Shown in pieces: positions 8,225-17,990 of a stretch of DNA of 32,000 bases. The position numbers were made by a program, and so were the translations under genes. Numbering within the stretch: the first letter of the stretch is position 1; each line of letters starts with the position of its first letter. Under the pieces are notes generated by a model. It was not told where the DNA came from. It made no database searches and was given only the letters and a program-made list of their open reading frames with translations. Source of the stretch: Alkanindiges illinoisensis DSM 15370 (GTDB lineage Bacteria > Pseudomonadota > Gammaproteobacteria > Pseudomonadales > Moraxellaceae); the NCBI RefSeq assembly GCF_000619845.1, contig NZ_KK211037.1, positions 1-32,000 on the forward strand, written 5' to 3'.

Positions 8225-8581
8225 ATGGGCAAACTTTCTCTTGAACCGTTAAGCAAAATCGACGGTTTTGTTGCAGCAGCCATGGTGGATTGTACCAGTG
8301 GTTTGACACTGTCCACGTTGGGTGGCGGTATTGACCTTGAGCTGGCAGCCGCTGGCAATACCGAGGTGGTACTGGCCAAACGCAAGGTGGCTGAAAACTT
8401 GCAACTGGATGATAACATTGAAGATATCCTGATTAGCCTGAGCAAGCAGTATCACCTGATCCGGCCGCTGGAACGCAATCAGCAACTGTTCTTGTATCTG
8501 GTGCTGGACCGGGCCAAGTCCAATCTGGCCATGGCGCGCCACGAGCTACGTATTTTTGAAAGAGAGCTTGAGTTCTCCTAA
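8225..8581 (+). CDS. roadblock/LC7 (MglB-like) domain protein
   Basis: 118 aa from the ATG at 8225, with GAGG 6 nt upstream. The pattern [17 protein letters not shown]......D.E.AAAG...V....... then LFLYLVLD...NLAMAR fits the Robl/LC7 family profile as I remember it. Confidence 0.65.
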   Translation: MGKLSLEPLSKIDGFVAAAMVDCTSGLTLSTLGGGIDLELAAAGNTEVVLAKRKVAENLQLDDNIEDILISLSKQYHLIRPLERNQQLFLYLVLDRAKSNLAMARHELRIFERELEFS

Positions 8582-8592
8582 GTGCATTGACT

Positions 8593-8625
8593 AAAACCGT
8601 CAGCTCAGTCTTGGCGGTTTTTTTT
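8593..8625 (+). terminator. intrinsic terminator after the roadblock gene
   Basis: Stem CCGUCAG (8597..8603) pairs with CUUGGCGG (8610..8617), including two G-U pairs, around a ~7 nt loop. A run of 8 T (8618..8625) follows, and AAAA precedes the stem. Confidence 0.7.
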
Positions 8626-8693
8626 ATGGAAAAACAGGTTGTACCAGTAAAACAGGTCATGCCAATGTTGCTGCTGAAATTTATGTTCTGCCC

Positions 8694-9635
8694 ATGAATG
8701 AATTTGCGTTAATCCAGCAGTATTTTAAGCACGCTGCTTTAGCCACATCAAATGACTCGGCCAGTAGCGTGGTGCTGGGCATTGGCGATGATGCTGCCCT
8801 CATCCAGCCGCCTTCTGGTCAGCAACTGGTCATTACCAGTGATACGCTGGTGGCCGGTCGGCATTTTCCGCAGGATACTCCCGCGCATGCGATTGGCTGG
8901 AAGGCAGCAGCGGTTAATTTATCAGATATTGCAGCCATGGGAGCACGACCGTTTGCCGTGCTGATGGCGATTAGTTTGCCTGAGGTTGATCCGGACTGGC
9001 TGGCTCAGTTTAGCCGTGGCTTTTTTGACTGCTGTGCGCCGCTGCAAGTGCAACTGATTGGCGGTGATACCACCAAAAGTGCTGTGCTTAGTATTACAGT
9101 GACTGCACTGGGCTGGGTGGAACAGGATAGGGCGATACGGCGTGATGGGGCAAGGCCCGGTGATCTGGTGGTGGTATCCAATACGCTGGGCGATGCAGTC
9201 TATGCGCTTCATCATCCCGGCAGTGAGTTGCAGGAGCGTCTGGATTATCCGCAGCCGCGTAACCTGCTAGGTATGGCCTTGCAGGGTTATGCCAGTAGCA
9301 TGCTGGATGTCTCCGATGGGCTGGCGCAGGATCTGGGTCATATTCTGGCAGCCAGTCAGGTTGGCGCGCAGCTTCATCTGGAAAACCTGCCGTTGTCATC
9401 AACCTTACAGCAATTGCCGCGACAACAGGCATGGCAACTGGCGCTGACCGGCGGCGATGATTATGAACTGTGTTTTACCCTGTCGCCCGAACATTTTGAT
9501 GCGTTTTGCCAGCAGTTTGCCGGACAGTTTCAGGTGCAGGTGATTGGACAAATTATTCAGGGTTCAGGTTTGACCTTGCAGTATCAGCAACAGCCTTATG
9601 AGATGAATTTGCAAGGATATCAGCATTTTGACTAA
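8694..9635 (+). CDS. thiL: thiamine-monophosphate kinase
   Basis: 313 aa. N-terminal EFALIQ..F and GIGDDAA motifs and the PurM-like fold motifs (GGD...) are present. Position between nusB and pgpA is conserved. Confidence 0.9.
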   Translation: MNEFALIQQYFKHAALATSNDSASSVVLGIGDDAALIQPPSGQQLVITSDTLVAGRHFPQDTPAHAIGWKAAAVNLSDIAAMGARPFAVLMAISLPEVDPDWLAQFSRGFFDCCAPLQVQLIGGDTTKSAVLSITVTALGWVEQDRAIRRDGARPGDLVVVSNTLGDAVYALHHPGSELQERLDYPQPRNLLGMALQGYASSMLDVSDGLAQDLGHILAASQVGAQLHLENLPLSSTLQQLPRQQAWQLALTGGDDYELCFTLSPEHFDAFCQQFAGQFQVQVIGQIIQGSGLTLQYQQQPYEMNLQGYQHFD

Positions 9636-10161
9636 GCAGCCTGCGCAGAAAATTGCCATTGATTTTCGTCAGCTGTCCATACTGGACAAGATTTTATACA
9701 GTCTGGGGGTGGGATTTGGCTCTGGCCTGTCTCCCAAGGCACCGGGTACAGTAGCTTCATTTGTAGTGCTGTTTTTGGCGCCGCTATGGCTATGGCTTGG
9801 CATTAGCGCCACCATCATTAGCATTGTGTTAATGACCGTGCTGGGCGTCTGGATCTGTGACCGTACCGCCGACATTATGCAGGTGCATGATGATGCGCGT
9901 ATTGTCTGGGATGAATTTGCGGGGCAAAGCATTGTATTGCTGCCACTGATGGTATTTCACCAGATGCACTGGCTGGGCATTTTAGTTGCCTTTGGCCTGT
10001 TTCGCCTGTTTGATATCTGGAAGCCGTGGCCAATCCGTTATGCCGACCATCAGCTGACTGGCGGTTTTGGCATCATGATTGACGATATTTTGGCAGGAAT
10101 CATTGCGGCTGCGGTATTATACGCCGGTTTAATTGTGGTCACGGGCGATACCGCAATTTAA
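9628..10161 (+). CDS. pgpA: phosphatidylglycerophosphatase A
   Basis: 177 aa. Motifs GFGSGLSPKAPGT, WDEFAGQ, KPWPI and DDILAG match PgpA. TTG is the only plausible start after the in-frame stop at 9604. It overlaps the thiL stop by 8 nt. Confidence 0.85.
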   Translation: MTKQPAQKIAIDFRQLSILDKILYSLGVGFGSGLSPKAPGTVASFVVLFLAPLWLWLGISATIISIVLMTVLGVWICDRTADIMQVHDDARIVWDEFAGQSIVLLPLMVFHQMHWLGILVAFGLFRLFDIWKPWPIRYADHQLTGGFGIMIDDILAGIIAAAVLYAGLIVVTGDTAI

Positions 10162-10197
10162 TGATTTGGGACTAATAGGTTTAGGGTTTAAACAACA

Positions 10198-11562
10198 ATG
10201 ACATTATCGGTAATTATTCTGGCAGCAGGTAAGGGAACACGCATGAATTCGCGCCTGCCCAAGGTGTTACAGCCACTGGCCGGACAGCCATTATTGGGCC
10301 ATGTGTTTGCACAGGCCACCCGTTTGGGGGCAGAACGGGTCATTACCGTGATTGGTCATGGCAGTGAGTATGTGAGAAACACGTTTAGCCAGCAAGCAGT
10401 AGACTGGGTAGAGCAAACCGAGCAACTCGGCACTGGCCATGCAGTACAGGTCACGCTACCAGTCTTGCCTGCCAGCGGTCAAAGCCTGATTCTATATGGT
10501 GATGTGCCATTGATTCGTGCCCAGACCCTAAAGCAATTGCAGGAAGCCGCAGCAGGCGGTATTGCCATGATGACCCTGACGGTAGCTAATCCTGCTGGTT
10601 ATGGCCGCATTGTGCGCAAGGACGGCAAGATCCAGCGTATTGTGGAACACAAGGACGCCAGCGAACAGGAACGCCAGATTACTGAAATCAACACTGGTAT
10701 TTACTGCGTTGACAATGCCTGTTTGCACCGCTGGTTGCCAAAGCTGTCCAATAATAATGTCCAGGGCGAATATTATTTAACCGATATTGTAGAAATGGCA
10801 GTGGCTGACGGGCTGGACATTGGCAGCGTCCAGCCGGAATATGAATTTGAAGTGGAAGGCGTGAATGACCGCCTGCAACTGGCAGCGCTTGAGCGCCGTT
10901 ATCAGGCGTATCAGGCCGAGCAGTTACTCAAAGCCGGTGTCACCCTGAGTGATCCGGCGCGCTTTGACTTGCGGGGACAACTGAGCACTGGTCAGGATGT
11001 GCGCATTGATGTCAATGTAATCATTGAAGGTGAATGTGAACTGGCTGATGGCGTGCAAATTGGCGCGGGTTGTATCCTGAAAAATGCCAAAGTGGGTGCT
11101 GGCACAGTCATTCTACCGTATAGCATACTGGATGATGTAGTAGTGGGCAGTAACGCGCATATTGGTCCGTTTGCCCGCCTGCGTCCCGGCACGGCACTTG
11201 CAGATGACGTCCATGTGGGTAATTTTGTAGAAATCAAGAATTCACAAGTGGGTCAGGGCAGCAAAGCCAACCATCTGGCCTATATTGGCGATGCCCTGAT
11301 TGGCACTGGCAGCAACATTGGCGCGGGCACCATTACCTGCAACTATGACGGTGCCAACAAGCACAAAACCATTATTGGCGATAAAGCCTTCATTGGCTCC
11401 AATTCATCACTGGTGGCGCCGGTACAGATTGGCAATGGAGCAACAGTGGGTGCAGGTTCAGTAGTTACCAAAGCAGTCCCGGATGAAACTCTGGCTGTTG
11501 CGCGCGGGCAGCAACGCAATATTGAAAATTATCAGCGTCCCGTTAAAAACCCGATTAAATAA
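10198..11562 (+). CDS. glmU: bifunctional GlcNAc-1-P uridyltransferase / GlcN-1-P acetyltransferase
   Basis: 454 aa. N-terminal LAAGKGTRM nucleotidyltransferase motif and C-terminal left-handed beta-helix hexapeptide repeats. Confidence 0.95.
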   Translation: MTLSVIILAAGKGTRMNSRLPKVLQPLAGQPLLGHVFAQATRLGAERVITVIGHGSEYVRNTFSQQAVDWVEQTEQLGTGHAVQVTLPVLPASGQSLILYGDVPLIRAQTLKQLQEAAAGGIAMMTLTVANPAGYGRIVRKDGKIQRIVEHKDASEQERQITEINTGIYCVDNACLHRWLPKLSNNNVQGEYYLTDIVEMAVADGLDIGSVQPEYEFEVEGVNDRLQLAALERRYQAYQAEQLLKAGVTLSDPARFDLRGQLSTGQDVRIDVNVIIEGECELADGVQIGAGCILKNAKVGAGTVILPYSILDDVVVGSNAHIGPFARLRPGTALADDVHVGNFVEIKNSQVGQGSKANHLAYIGDALIGTGSNIGAGTITCNYDGANKHKTIIGDKAFIGSNSSLVAPVQIGNGATVGAGSVVTKAVPDETLAVARGQQRNIENYQRPVKNPIK

Positions 11563-11574
11563 AAGGTAAAAGCT

Positions 11575-13413
11575 ATGTGTGGTATTGTTGGGGGAGTTGC
11601 AGAGCGTCATGTGGCCGCGGTGCTGATTGAAGGCTTAAAAAAGCTGGAATACCGGGGTTATGACTCTGCCGGGGTGGCTTTGCTGGAAAACGGGCAAATT
11701 AATCGTGCGCGTGAAGCAGGCAAAGTGGCGCTACTTGAAGCCAGTGTGAAGACATCAAAAATAGATGGCAACATTGGTATTGCACATACCCGCTGGGCTA
11801 CCCATGGTAAGCCTACGCAGGACAATGCCCATCCGCATATGTCCGGTGATGTGGCTGTGGTGCATAACGGGATTATTGAAAATTATCAGGAGCTTAAAAA
11901 CGAGCTTGAACAGGCTGGTTATGTGTTCAAGTCACAAACTGATAGCGAAGTGGTGGCGCATCTGGTGCATCAGGCACTGCAGCAGCACAATAACCTGCTC
12001 AAGGCAGTACAAACCATTGTGCCACGCCTGCATGGTGCCTATGCGCTGGGCATTATTGATGCCAAACATTCGGATGAATTGATTGCTGTCCGTCAGGGCT
12101 CACCTCTGGTGCTGGGCCTTGGCATTGGCGAGAATTTCATTGGTTCTGACCAGCTGGCGCTGCTGCCAGTGACCAACCGCTTTATTTATCTGGAAGAAGG
12201 CGACATTGTACGCCTGACCCGCAGCGATGTTGAAATTTACCATCAGGGCGAGCGGGTAAGCCGTGCGGTCAATGAACTGGATATTAGTGTCAGTAGCAGT
12301 GACAAGGGCGGTTTTAAGCACTATATGCTCAAGGAAATTTATGAGCAGCCGGATGCCATTCAGCATACTTTGTCAGTTGGGTTGGATCACAACCAGTTAA
12401 AAGATGATTTTTTAAGCAGTGGCACTGAGGTTTTGCCAGCCATTCAGCATGTGCAAATCATTGCCTGTGGCACCAGCTATCATGCCGGCATGGTGGCCAA
12501 ATACTGGTGTGAGCAGCTGATTGGCTTGTCATGTCAGGTGGAAATTGCCAGTGAATTCCGCTATCGCAGTCCGGTAGTGCTGAATAACACCCTGTTCATT
12601 TATATTTCCCAGTCCGGTGAAACCGCAGACACACTGGCAGCCCTGCGCGACATTAAGAAACGTGCAGCCGCTACACAGAAAAATATCGTGTCGCTGGCAC
12701 TGTGCAATGTGCCCACTTCATCACTGGTGCGTGAAACCGACCTGCATTTGCTGACCCAGGCCGGGCCAGAAATTGGTGTGGCTTCCACCAAGGCCTTTAC
12801 CACCCAGCTGGCTGCCCTGATGCTACTGGTGTTAAAACTGGGCAAAATCAATGGCTCACTGACTGCTACACAGGAGCAGGAATTGGTGCAGGCGCTGTGG
12901 CAGACGCCCAAAATCATTAACCAGTGTCTGGCGCTGGACAAGGACATTGAAGCCATGTCACGCCAGTTTGTGGAAAAACGCCACACGTTATTTCTGGGCC
13001 GTGGCACGCAGTACCCGATTGCACTGGAAGGCGCGCTCAAGCTAAAAGAAATTTCCTATATTCATGCCGAAGGCTATGCAGCGGGTGAATTAAAGCATGG
13101 CCCGCTGGCACTGGTGGATAATGACATGCCAGTCGTGGTACTGGCTGCCAATGACTACATGCTGGACAAGCTCAAATCCAACATGCAGGAAGTGCAGGCG
13201 CGCGGTGGCGAGCTATTTGTATTTGCCGATGAACATAGCGGTATTGCCAATAGTGACCGTCAGCATGTGGTGTATATTCCAACCGCCAATGCCTGGATTG
13301 CGCCAATTGTGTATAGCGTGCCTGTACAATTGCTGTCTTACCATGTGGCAGTGTTGCGCGGTACTGATGTAGACCAGCCGCGTAACCTGGCCAAGAGTGT
13401 GACTGTCGAGTAA
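11575..13413 (+). CDS. glmS: glutamine--fructose-6-phosphate aminotransferase
   Basis: 612 aa. MCGIVG N-terminal nucleophile, two SIS domains, and the C-terminal ...KSVTVE end typical of GlmS. Confidence 0.95.
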   Translation: MCGIVGGVAERHVAAVLIEGLKKLEYRGYDSAGVALLENGQINRAREAGKVALLEASVKTSKIDGNIGIAHTRWATHGKPTQDNAHPHMSGDVAVVHNGIIENYQELKNELEQAGYVFKSQTDSEVVAHLVHQALQQHNNLLKAVQTIVPRLHGAYALGIIDAKHSDELIAVRQGSPLVLGLGIGENFIGSDQLALLPVTNRFIYLEEGDIVRLTRSDVEIYHQGERVSRAVNELDISVSSSDKGGFKHYMLKEIYEQPDAIQHTLSVGLDHNQLKDDFLSSGTEVLPAIQHVQIIACGTSYHAGMVAKYWCEQLIGLSCQVEIASEFRYRSPVVLNNTLFIYISQSGETADTLAALRDIKKRAAATQKNIVSLALCNVPTSSLVRETDLHLLTQAGPEIGVASTKAFTTQLAALMLLVLKLGKINGSLTATQEQELVQALWQTPKIINQCLALDKDIEAMSRQFVEKRHTLFLGRGTQYPIALEGALKLKEISYIHAEGYAAGELKHGPLALVDNDMPVVVLAANDYMLDKLKSNMQEVQARGGELFVFADEHSGIANSDRQHVVYIPTANAWIAPIVYSVPVQLLSYHVAVLRGTDVDQPRNLAKSVTVE

Positions 13414-13440
13414 TACCATGATAAATCTGGATTAAACAGC

Positions 13441-14862
13441 ATGCACCTGCACTGGTTTCGAAGCGACCTGCGTATTCACGACAATACTGCACTGGACGCG
13501 GCAGCCAGTCAGGGGCCAGTGCTTGCCCTGTACATCATTACGCCCAAGCAGTGGCAACAGCATGATGACGCCGCCTGCAAGGTTGACTTGTGGCGGCATC
13601 AACTCATTGAGTTATCGGCAGATTTGAAGCGTTTAAATATCCCGTTGCTGATTCGCCATTGTGACTGGTGGCAGGAGATTCCCGGTGTGTTACTGGAGAT
13701 TTGTCAGCAGTACCAGGTTGAGCATGTGCATTGTAATGCCGAATATGCGGTGAATGAACGGCTGCGTGATACCGCAGTTCAGCAGTGTCTACAGCAACAG
13801 CAGATTGGTTTTAGCAGTTATCTGGATCAGTTGCTGTTTGAGCCGGGCAGTATCACTACCAAAAGCGGTGGTTATTTCAAGGTGTTTGGCCAGTTTAAGC
13901 GGGTGTGTCAGCAAGTCCTGTATGACCAGCTTCCGCAAATACTGTCCGCACCTGAGCCACAGGCAAAGTTACCCATTCAAAGCGACCCTGTCCCACAACA
14001 GATTGCCGGTTTTCAGCCGGTTGAGCCGCACATTGTGCAATGCTGGCCAGCTGGTGAAGCCCACGGCTGGCAACGGCTGGATGATTTTGCTGACGAAGCC
14101 ATCAGCGATTATGCCGGGCAGCGTGATTTTCCGGCTTTAAGCGGCACCAGCCAGTTATCACCGTACCTGAGCGCAGGGATTATTTCAATTCGGCAATGCC
14201 TGCATGCGGCACTAAAGGCGGCCAAAGGCGAGCTGTTTGGCCCAGATGAAGGGATTAATACCTGGATTACCCAGTTGTTATGGCGCGAGTTTTACCAGCA
14301 TATTCTGGTGGGCTTTCCACAGGTCAGCCGTCATCAGCCCTTTAAGCCGCACACTGCAAAACTGGCATGGCGGCAGGCACCCGATGACTTGCAACGCTGG
14401 CAGCAGGGCCAAACCGGTTTTCCCCTGATTGATGCTGCCATGCGCCAGCTGCAACAAACCGGCTGGATGCACAACCGCCTGCGCATGATTGTGGCCATGT
14501 TTTTAAGCAAGAACCTGCTGATTGACTGGCGACTGGGCGAGCAATGGTTTATGCAACATCTAATTGACGGTGATCTGGCAGCCAACAATGGTGGCTGGCA
14601 ATGGAGTGCATCGACAGGCACAGACAGCGTGCCGTATTTCCGTATTTTTAACCCCGTGACCCAGTCACAAAAAATTGATCCGGATGGCACATTTATTCGC
14701 CAGTGGCTGCCGGAACTTGCGTATCTGGACAATAAATCCATTCATGCCCCACATTTATCGCGTAGTGTAAAAGCCGGAACACTGGATTATCCGGCGCCGA
14801 TGGTTGATCTGGCAACAAGCCGTGACCGGGCCATTGCTGCATTTGCTGCCTTAAAAAATTAG
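13441..14862 (+). CDS. phrB: deoxyribodipyrimidine photolyase (class I CPD photolyase)
   Basis: 473 aa. N-terminal LHWFR.DLR..DN.AL and C-terminal FAD-binding motifs (TGFPLIDAAMRQL..TGWMHNRLRM, DGDLAANNGGWQW). Confidence 0.9.
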   Translation: MHLHWFRSDLRIHDNTALDAAASQGPVLALYIITPKQWQQHDDAACKVDLWRHQLIELSADLKRLNIPLLIRHCDWWQEIPGVLLEICQQYQVEHVHCNAEYAVNERLRDTAVQQCLQQQQIGFSSYLDQLLFEPGSITTKSGGYFKVFGQFKRVCQQVLYDQLPQILSAPEPQAKLPIQSDPVPQQIAGFQPVEPHIVQCWPAGEAHGWQRLDDFADEAISDYAGQRDFPALSGTSQLSPYLSAGIISIRQCLHAALKAAKGELFGPDEGINTWITQLLWREFYQHILVGFPQVSRHQPFKPHTAKLAWRQAPDDLQRWQQGQTGFPLIDAAMRQLQQTGWMHNRLRMIVAMFLSKNLLIDWRLGEQWFMQHLIDGDLAANNGGWQWSASTGTDSVPYFRIFNPVTQSQKIDPDGTFIRQWLPELAYLDNKSIHAPHLSRSVKAGTLDYPAPMVDLATSRDRAIAAFAALKN

Positions 14863-15035
14863 GACAAGTCAGGATTTAACAAAAAATTTGCGCAAAATCA
14901 TGGCAACTACTTGGCAAGGCAGATAAAAGCGCTAATCTATGCTCACGTTAGGGTAATGAAAACTGCTGGCCAGTGTGATAAAAAGAGCATGTCATGCACA
15001 GCAGGCACAATGATTGTATCAATGATGGAATTTTT

Positions 15036-15788
15036 ATGAGTAAAGCGCTTCCCGTTGTTCTTGCAGCTATCATCATCGGTGGCGCATTAACTCCGGTTTA
15101 TCTGGCCAAACAGGCCACTCCGGGTCAGCATGCCAAGACTGGTCAGACCAGCAATGCTGCCACCAGTAATATCCAGAAAATCAGCTATGCGCTGGGCTAT
15201 CAGGTGAGCAGCCAGACGCCACCGGAAATGGACACCGAGCTGTTTGCTGAAGGCATGCGCGATGGTCAGGCCAAAAAAACGCCGCGTTTTACCGAACAGG
15301 AAATTAATCAGGCATTAATGGCCTATCAGCAGGAAGTGCAAAAGCAGCAGCAACAGCACCTGCAGCAACAACAACAGCAGCAACAGGCAACTGCCAATAG
15401 CGCCACTCAGGCAGGTGAGGCCTTTCTGGCAGCCAATGCCAAGAAGCCGGGAGTAATCACCACAGCCAGCGGCCTGCAATATCAGGTTATCAAGGAAGGC
15501 ACCGGTGCGACGCCCACGGCATCGTCCGAAGTTAAAGTTGACTATGAAGGTAAGCTGATTGATGGCACGGTGTTTGACAGCTCCATCAAGCGTGGCGAAC
15601 CGCTGACCTTTGGTTTAAGCCAGGTGATTCCGGGCTGGACTGAAGGCCTGCAACTGATGAAAGAAGGTGCCCATTACCGTTTCTTTATTCCAGCCAGTCT
15701 GGGCTATGGTGAAACCGGTGCAGGTGAAGCCATTCCGCCTAACAGTACCCTGATTTTTGATGTGACCCTGATTAAGGTAAATCCTTAA
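15036..15788 (+). CDS. FKBP-type peptidyl-prolyl isomerase (FkpA/Mip-like) with poly-Q linker
   Basis: 250 aa from the ATG at 15036 (MSKALPVVLAAIIIGG..., an N-terminal hydrophobic anchor or signal). The Mip-type N-domain is followed by the FKBP core (YEGKLIDGTVFDSS, VIPGWTEGLQLM, LIFDV). The track ORF starts 42 nt earlier. Confidence 0.85.
   Translation: MSKALPVVLAAIIIGGALTPVYLAKQATPGQHAKTGQTSNAATSNIQKISYALGYQVSSQTPPEMDTELFAEGMRDGQAKKTPRFTEQEINQALMAYQQEVQKQQQQHLQQQQQQQQATANSATQAGEAFLAANAKKPGVITTASGLQYQVIKEGTGATPTASSEVKVDYEGKLIDGTVFDSSIKRGEPLTFGLSQVIPGWTEGLQLMKEGAHYRFFIPASLGYGETGAGEAIPPNSTLIFDVTLIKVNP
15345..15386 (+). repeat. imperfect CAG/CAA trinucleotide run encoding QQQQHLQQQQQQQQ
   Basis: Read directly: cag cag caa cag cac ctg cag caa caa caa cag cag caa cag, in frame with the FKBP gene. 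Confidence 0.9.
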
Positions 15789-15807
15789 ACAGGTAAGTCG
15801 TAACCAT

Positions 15808-15844
15808 CCGGCAGCAGCGTTGGCTTTAAGCCAGTTACTGCCGG
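15808..15844 (+). terminator. hairpin after the first FKBP gene (weak terminator candidate)
   Basis: ccggcag (15808..15814) pairs with ctgccgg (15838..15844), with an inner tggc/gcca stem. No immediate U-tract, so function is uncertain. Confidence 0.3.
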
Positions 15845-15988
15845 GTTGGTTGGGATTATGTTTACTGTCATTTTATTGTTTTGCTGTATTAACACCTTTT
15901 TATCAGTCATTTGCCAAGTCAGTGGCAACTAACCTGCAAGACACATCAGTAACTGCCTCAGGTTAATGAAAGTAATGGAATTGAAATC

Positions 15989-16726
15989 ATGAAAAAAATT
16001 GTTTTGGGACTAACCTGCGGTGTATTGAGCCTGTATGGCGCAGCTTATGCAGCACCTGCCAAAAGCACAAAGAAAGCCAGTAGCAGCCCGGCCAGCAGCA
16101 TTAATGAAAATAGCTCTGAACTGCAAAAAGTGGGCTATAGCTTTGGCTATATCATGGGCAAAAGCAACACCGAAGCCGTCAAGGATCTGGACGTGAATAC
16201 CTTCATTCAGGGCTTCCGTGATGGCTATGCCGGCAAGCCTGCTGGCTTAAGTGAAGAGCAAATGAAAGCAGCCTTACTGGAATACAAGCACAACCAGGAA
16301 GCGCAAGACATGAAAGTCTTTGAGCAGCAGGGCAAGGTAAATAGCGACGCGGGTGCCAAGTTTCTGGCGGAAAATGCTAAAAAACCCGGTATCACTACCA
16401 CGGCTAGCGGACTACAGTATGAAGTGATCAAACAGGGCACGGGCAAGCGCCCAACCGCCAAGGCCAAGGTGACTGTGCATTATGAAGGCAAACTGATTGA
16501 TGGCACCGTGTTTGACAGCTCGATTGACCGCGGTGAGCCAATTACTTTCCCGCTGGATCAGGTGATTGCAGGCTGGACCGAAGGCCTGCAACTGATGCAG
16601 GAAGGCGCCAAATACCGTTTCTTTATTCCAGCCAAGCTGGGCTATGGTGAAACCGGTGCAGGCAATACCATTGGGCCAAACAGCACGCTGATTTTTGATG
16701 TTGAATTACTAAAAGTCGAAGAATAA
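15989..16726 (+). CDS. FKBP-type peptidyl-prolyl isomerase, Mip/FkpA-like, secreted
   Basis: 245 aa. Signal peptide MKKIVLGLTCGVLSLYGAAYA/AP. The C-terminal FKBP domain is a clear, largely conserved paralog of that of the upstream gene. Confidence 0.9.
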   Translation: MKKIVLGLTCGVLSLYGAAYAAPAKSTKKASSSPASSINENSSELQKVGYSFGYIMGKSNTEAVKDLDVNTFIQGFRDGYAGKPAGLSEEQMKAALLEYKHNQEAQDMKVFEQQGKVNSDAGAKFLAENAKKPGITTTASGLQYEVIKQGTGKRPTAKAKVTVHYEGKLIDGTVFDSSIDRGEPITFPLDQVIAGWTEGLQLMQEGAKYRFFIPAKLGYGETGAGNTIGPNSTLIFDVELLKVEE

Positions 16727-16745
16727 GGCGTAATGGCAACTGTTT

Positions 16746-16778
16746 AATACTTAAAAAGCCACGTGCTTTTTAAGTATT
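16746..16778. other. perfect 14 bp AT-rich hairpin
   Basis: aatacttaaaaagc (16746..16759), loop cacgt, then gctttttaagtatt (16765..16778). Confidence 0.7.
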
Positions 16779-16819
16779 AAAAAAGCTGAAAACCGGATTA
16801 AAAGTTTTCAGCTTTTTTT
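16779..16819. terminator. bidirectional intrinsic terminator between the FKBP (+) and SDR (-) genes
   Basis: aaaaaAGCTGAAAACcggattaaaaGTTTTCAGCTtttttt. A 10 bp stem (16784..16793 with 16804..16813) is flanked by an A-run and a T-run. Confidence 0.8.
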
Positions 16820-16927
16820 ATGGCATATTGAATTTGCTAAGGGCTTCGATGAAAACCCCTACTGATCAGACAGCGTGTCAAACTGGCTTTTTAGCAACCA
16901 GGCTTTTGCAGTTTGAGCACAGCCAGC

Positions 16928-17806
16928 CTAGCCATTAACAATCGATCCGCCATTTACATGAATCACCTGACCAGTAATATAACTGGCATCATCCGACGCC
17001 AGAAATAAATAGGCAGGTGCAACTTCACTCGGCTGCCCCATGCGTCCCATTGGCGTGTCCTTGCCAAACTTTTCCACTTCCTCGGCATCAAAACTGCTGG
17101 GGATGAGTGGCGTCCAGATTGGCCCCGGTGCAACGCCATTAACCCGGATACCGCGTTTTTGCTTCATCAGGTTGCTGGACAGGCTGCGGGTAAAGGTGGT
17201 AATCGCCCCCTTGGTGGATGCATAGTCAATCAGCTCGTCATGGCCCTGATAGCTGGTAATACTGGTGGTGTTGATGATGCTGTCGCCTTCATTTAAGTGC
17301 GGCAATACAGCACGAGTGGTATTAAACATGCCAATGATGTTGGTTTTAAAGGTTTTTTCCAGTTGTTCATCATCAATATCGGTAATATCTTTTTGCGGAT
17401 ATTGCACCCCAGCGTTATTCACCAGAATATTGATTTTGCCAAATTGCTGAATCACCTGTTGCACTGCTTTTTTTACACCCTCATGGTCACCCACATCCTG
17501 CTGAATAATCAGGCAACGGCGGCCTTCATGTTCTACCAGTTTTTTGGTTTGTTCGGCATCGTCATTTTCATCCAGATAAATAATGGCCACATCAGCACCT
17601 TCACGGGCAAACAGCACGGCTGTCGAGCGGCCGATGCCACTGTCACCGCCACTGATCAGCGCGACCTTGCCATCCAGTTTTCCGCTACCCTTATGGCTGG
17701 CCTTGATAATTTCCGGCGCCGGATACATGGCATCCTGATCGCCCGGCTGATGGGTTTGTTCCTGTGCCGGTGCACCGTTGGGATAGTGATCAACGTTATT
17801 GCTCAT
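16928..17806 (-). CDS. short-chain dehydrogenase/reductase, YghA/YhdF-like
   Basis: SDR motifs are present: ISGGDSGIG (cofactor), NNAG, and Y...K in DYASTKGA. I prefer the second ATG (17806, MSNNVDHY), which has AGGAG 7 nt upstream. The track start is at 17821. Confidence 0.85.
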   Translation of the reverse strand: MSNNVDHYPNGAPAQEQTHQPGDQDAMYPAPEIIKASHKGSGKLDGKVALISGGDSGIGRSTAVLFAREGADVAIIYLDENDDAEQTKKLVEHEGRRCLIIQQDVGDHEGVKKAVQQVIQQFGKINILVNNAGVQYPQKDITDIDDEQLEKTFKTNIIGMFNTTRAVLPHLNEGDSIINTTSITSYQGHDELIDYASTKGAITTFTRSLSSNLMKQKRGIRVNGVAPGPIWTPLIPSSFDAEEVEKFGKDTPMGRMGQPSEVAPAYLFLASDDASYITGQVIHVNGGSIVNG

Positions 17807-17990
17807 TGAAATGCTCCTCATGGGTTTAATTGTTATTTACCCTAACAACAGGACGTGTAGCGTTCATTAAAGCCTGAGTGCACTTTTGGTAAGAGCATTG
17901 CAGCCCTTTGTAAGTCTTTGGGATTTATCTTTGGCCAGGTTTTTTAAAAGGATGCGCTGAACAGCATTTCAATTTTTAGTAATGAATCTC

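Noticed and set aside
11563-11574. glmS ribozyme upstream of glmS
   Set aside because: Only 12 nt separate glmU and glmS, which leaves no room for the ribozyme. It is also typical of Gram-positive bacteria rather than gammaproteobacteria.
17297-17809. A 170 aa plus-strand ORF antisense to the SDR gene
   Set aside because: Same reasoning. The minus-strand SDR has all the family motifs, and the plus-strand product has no recognisable features.
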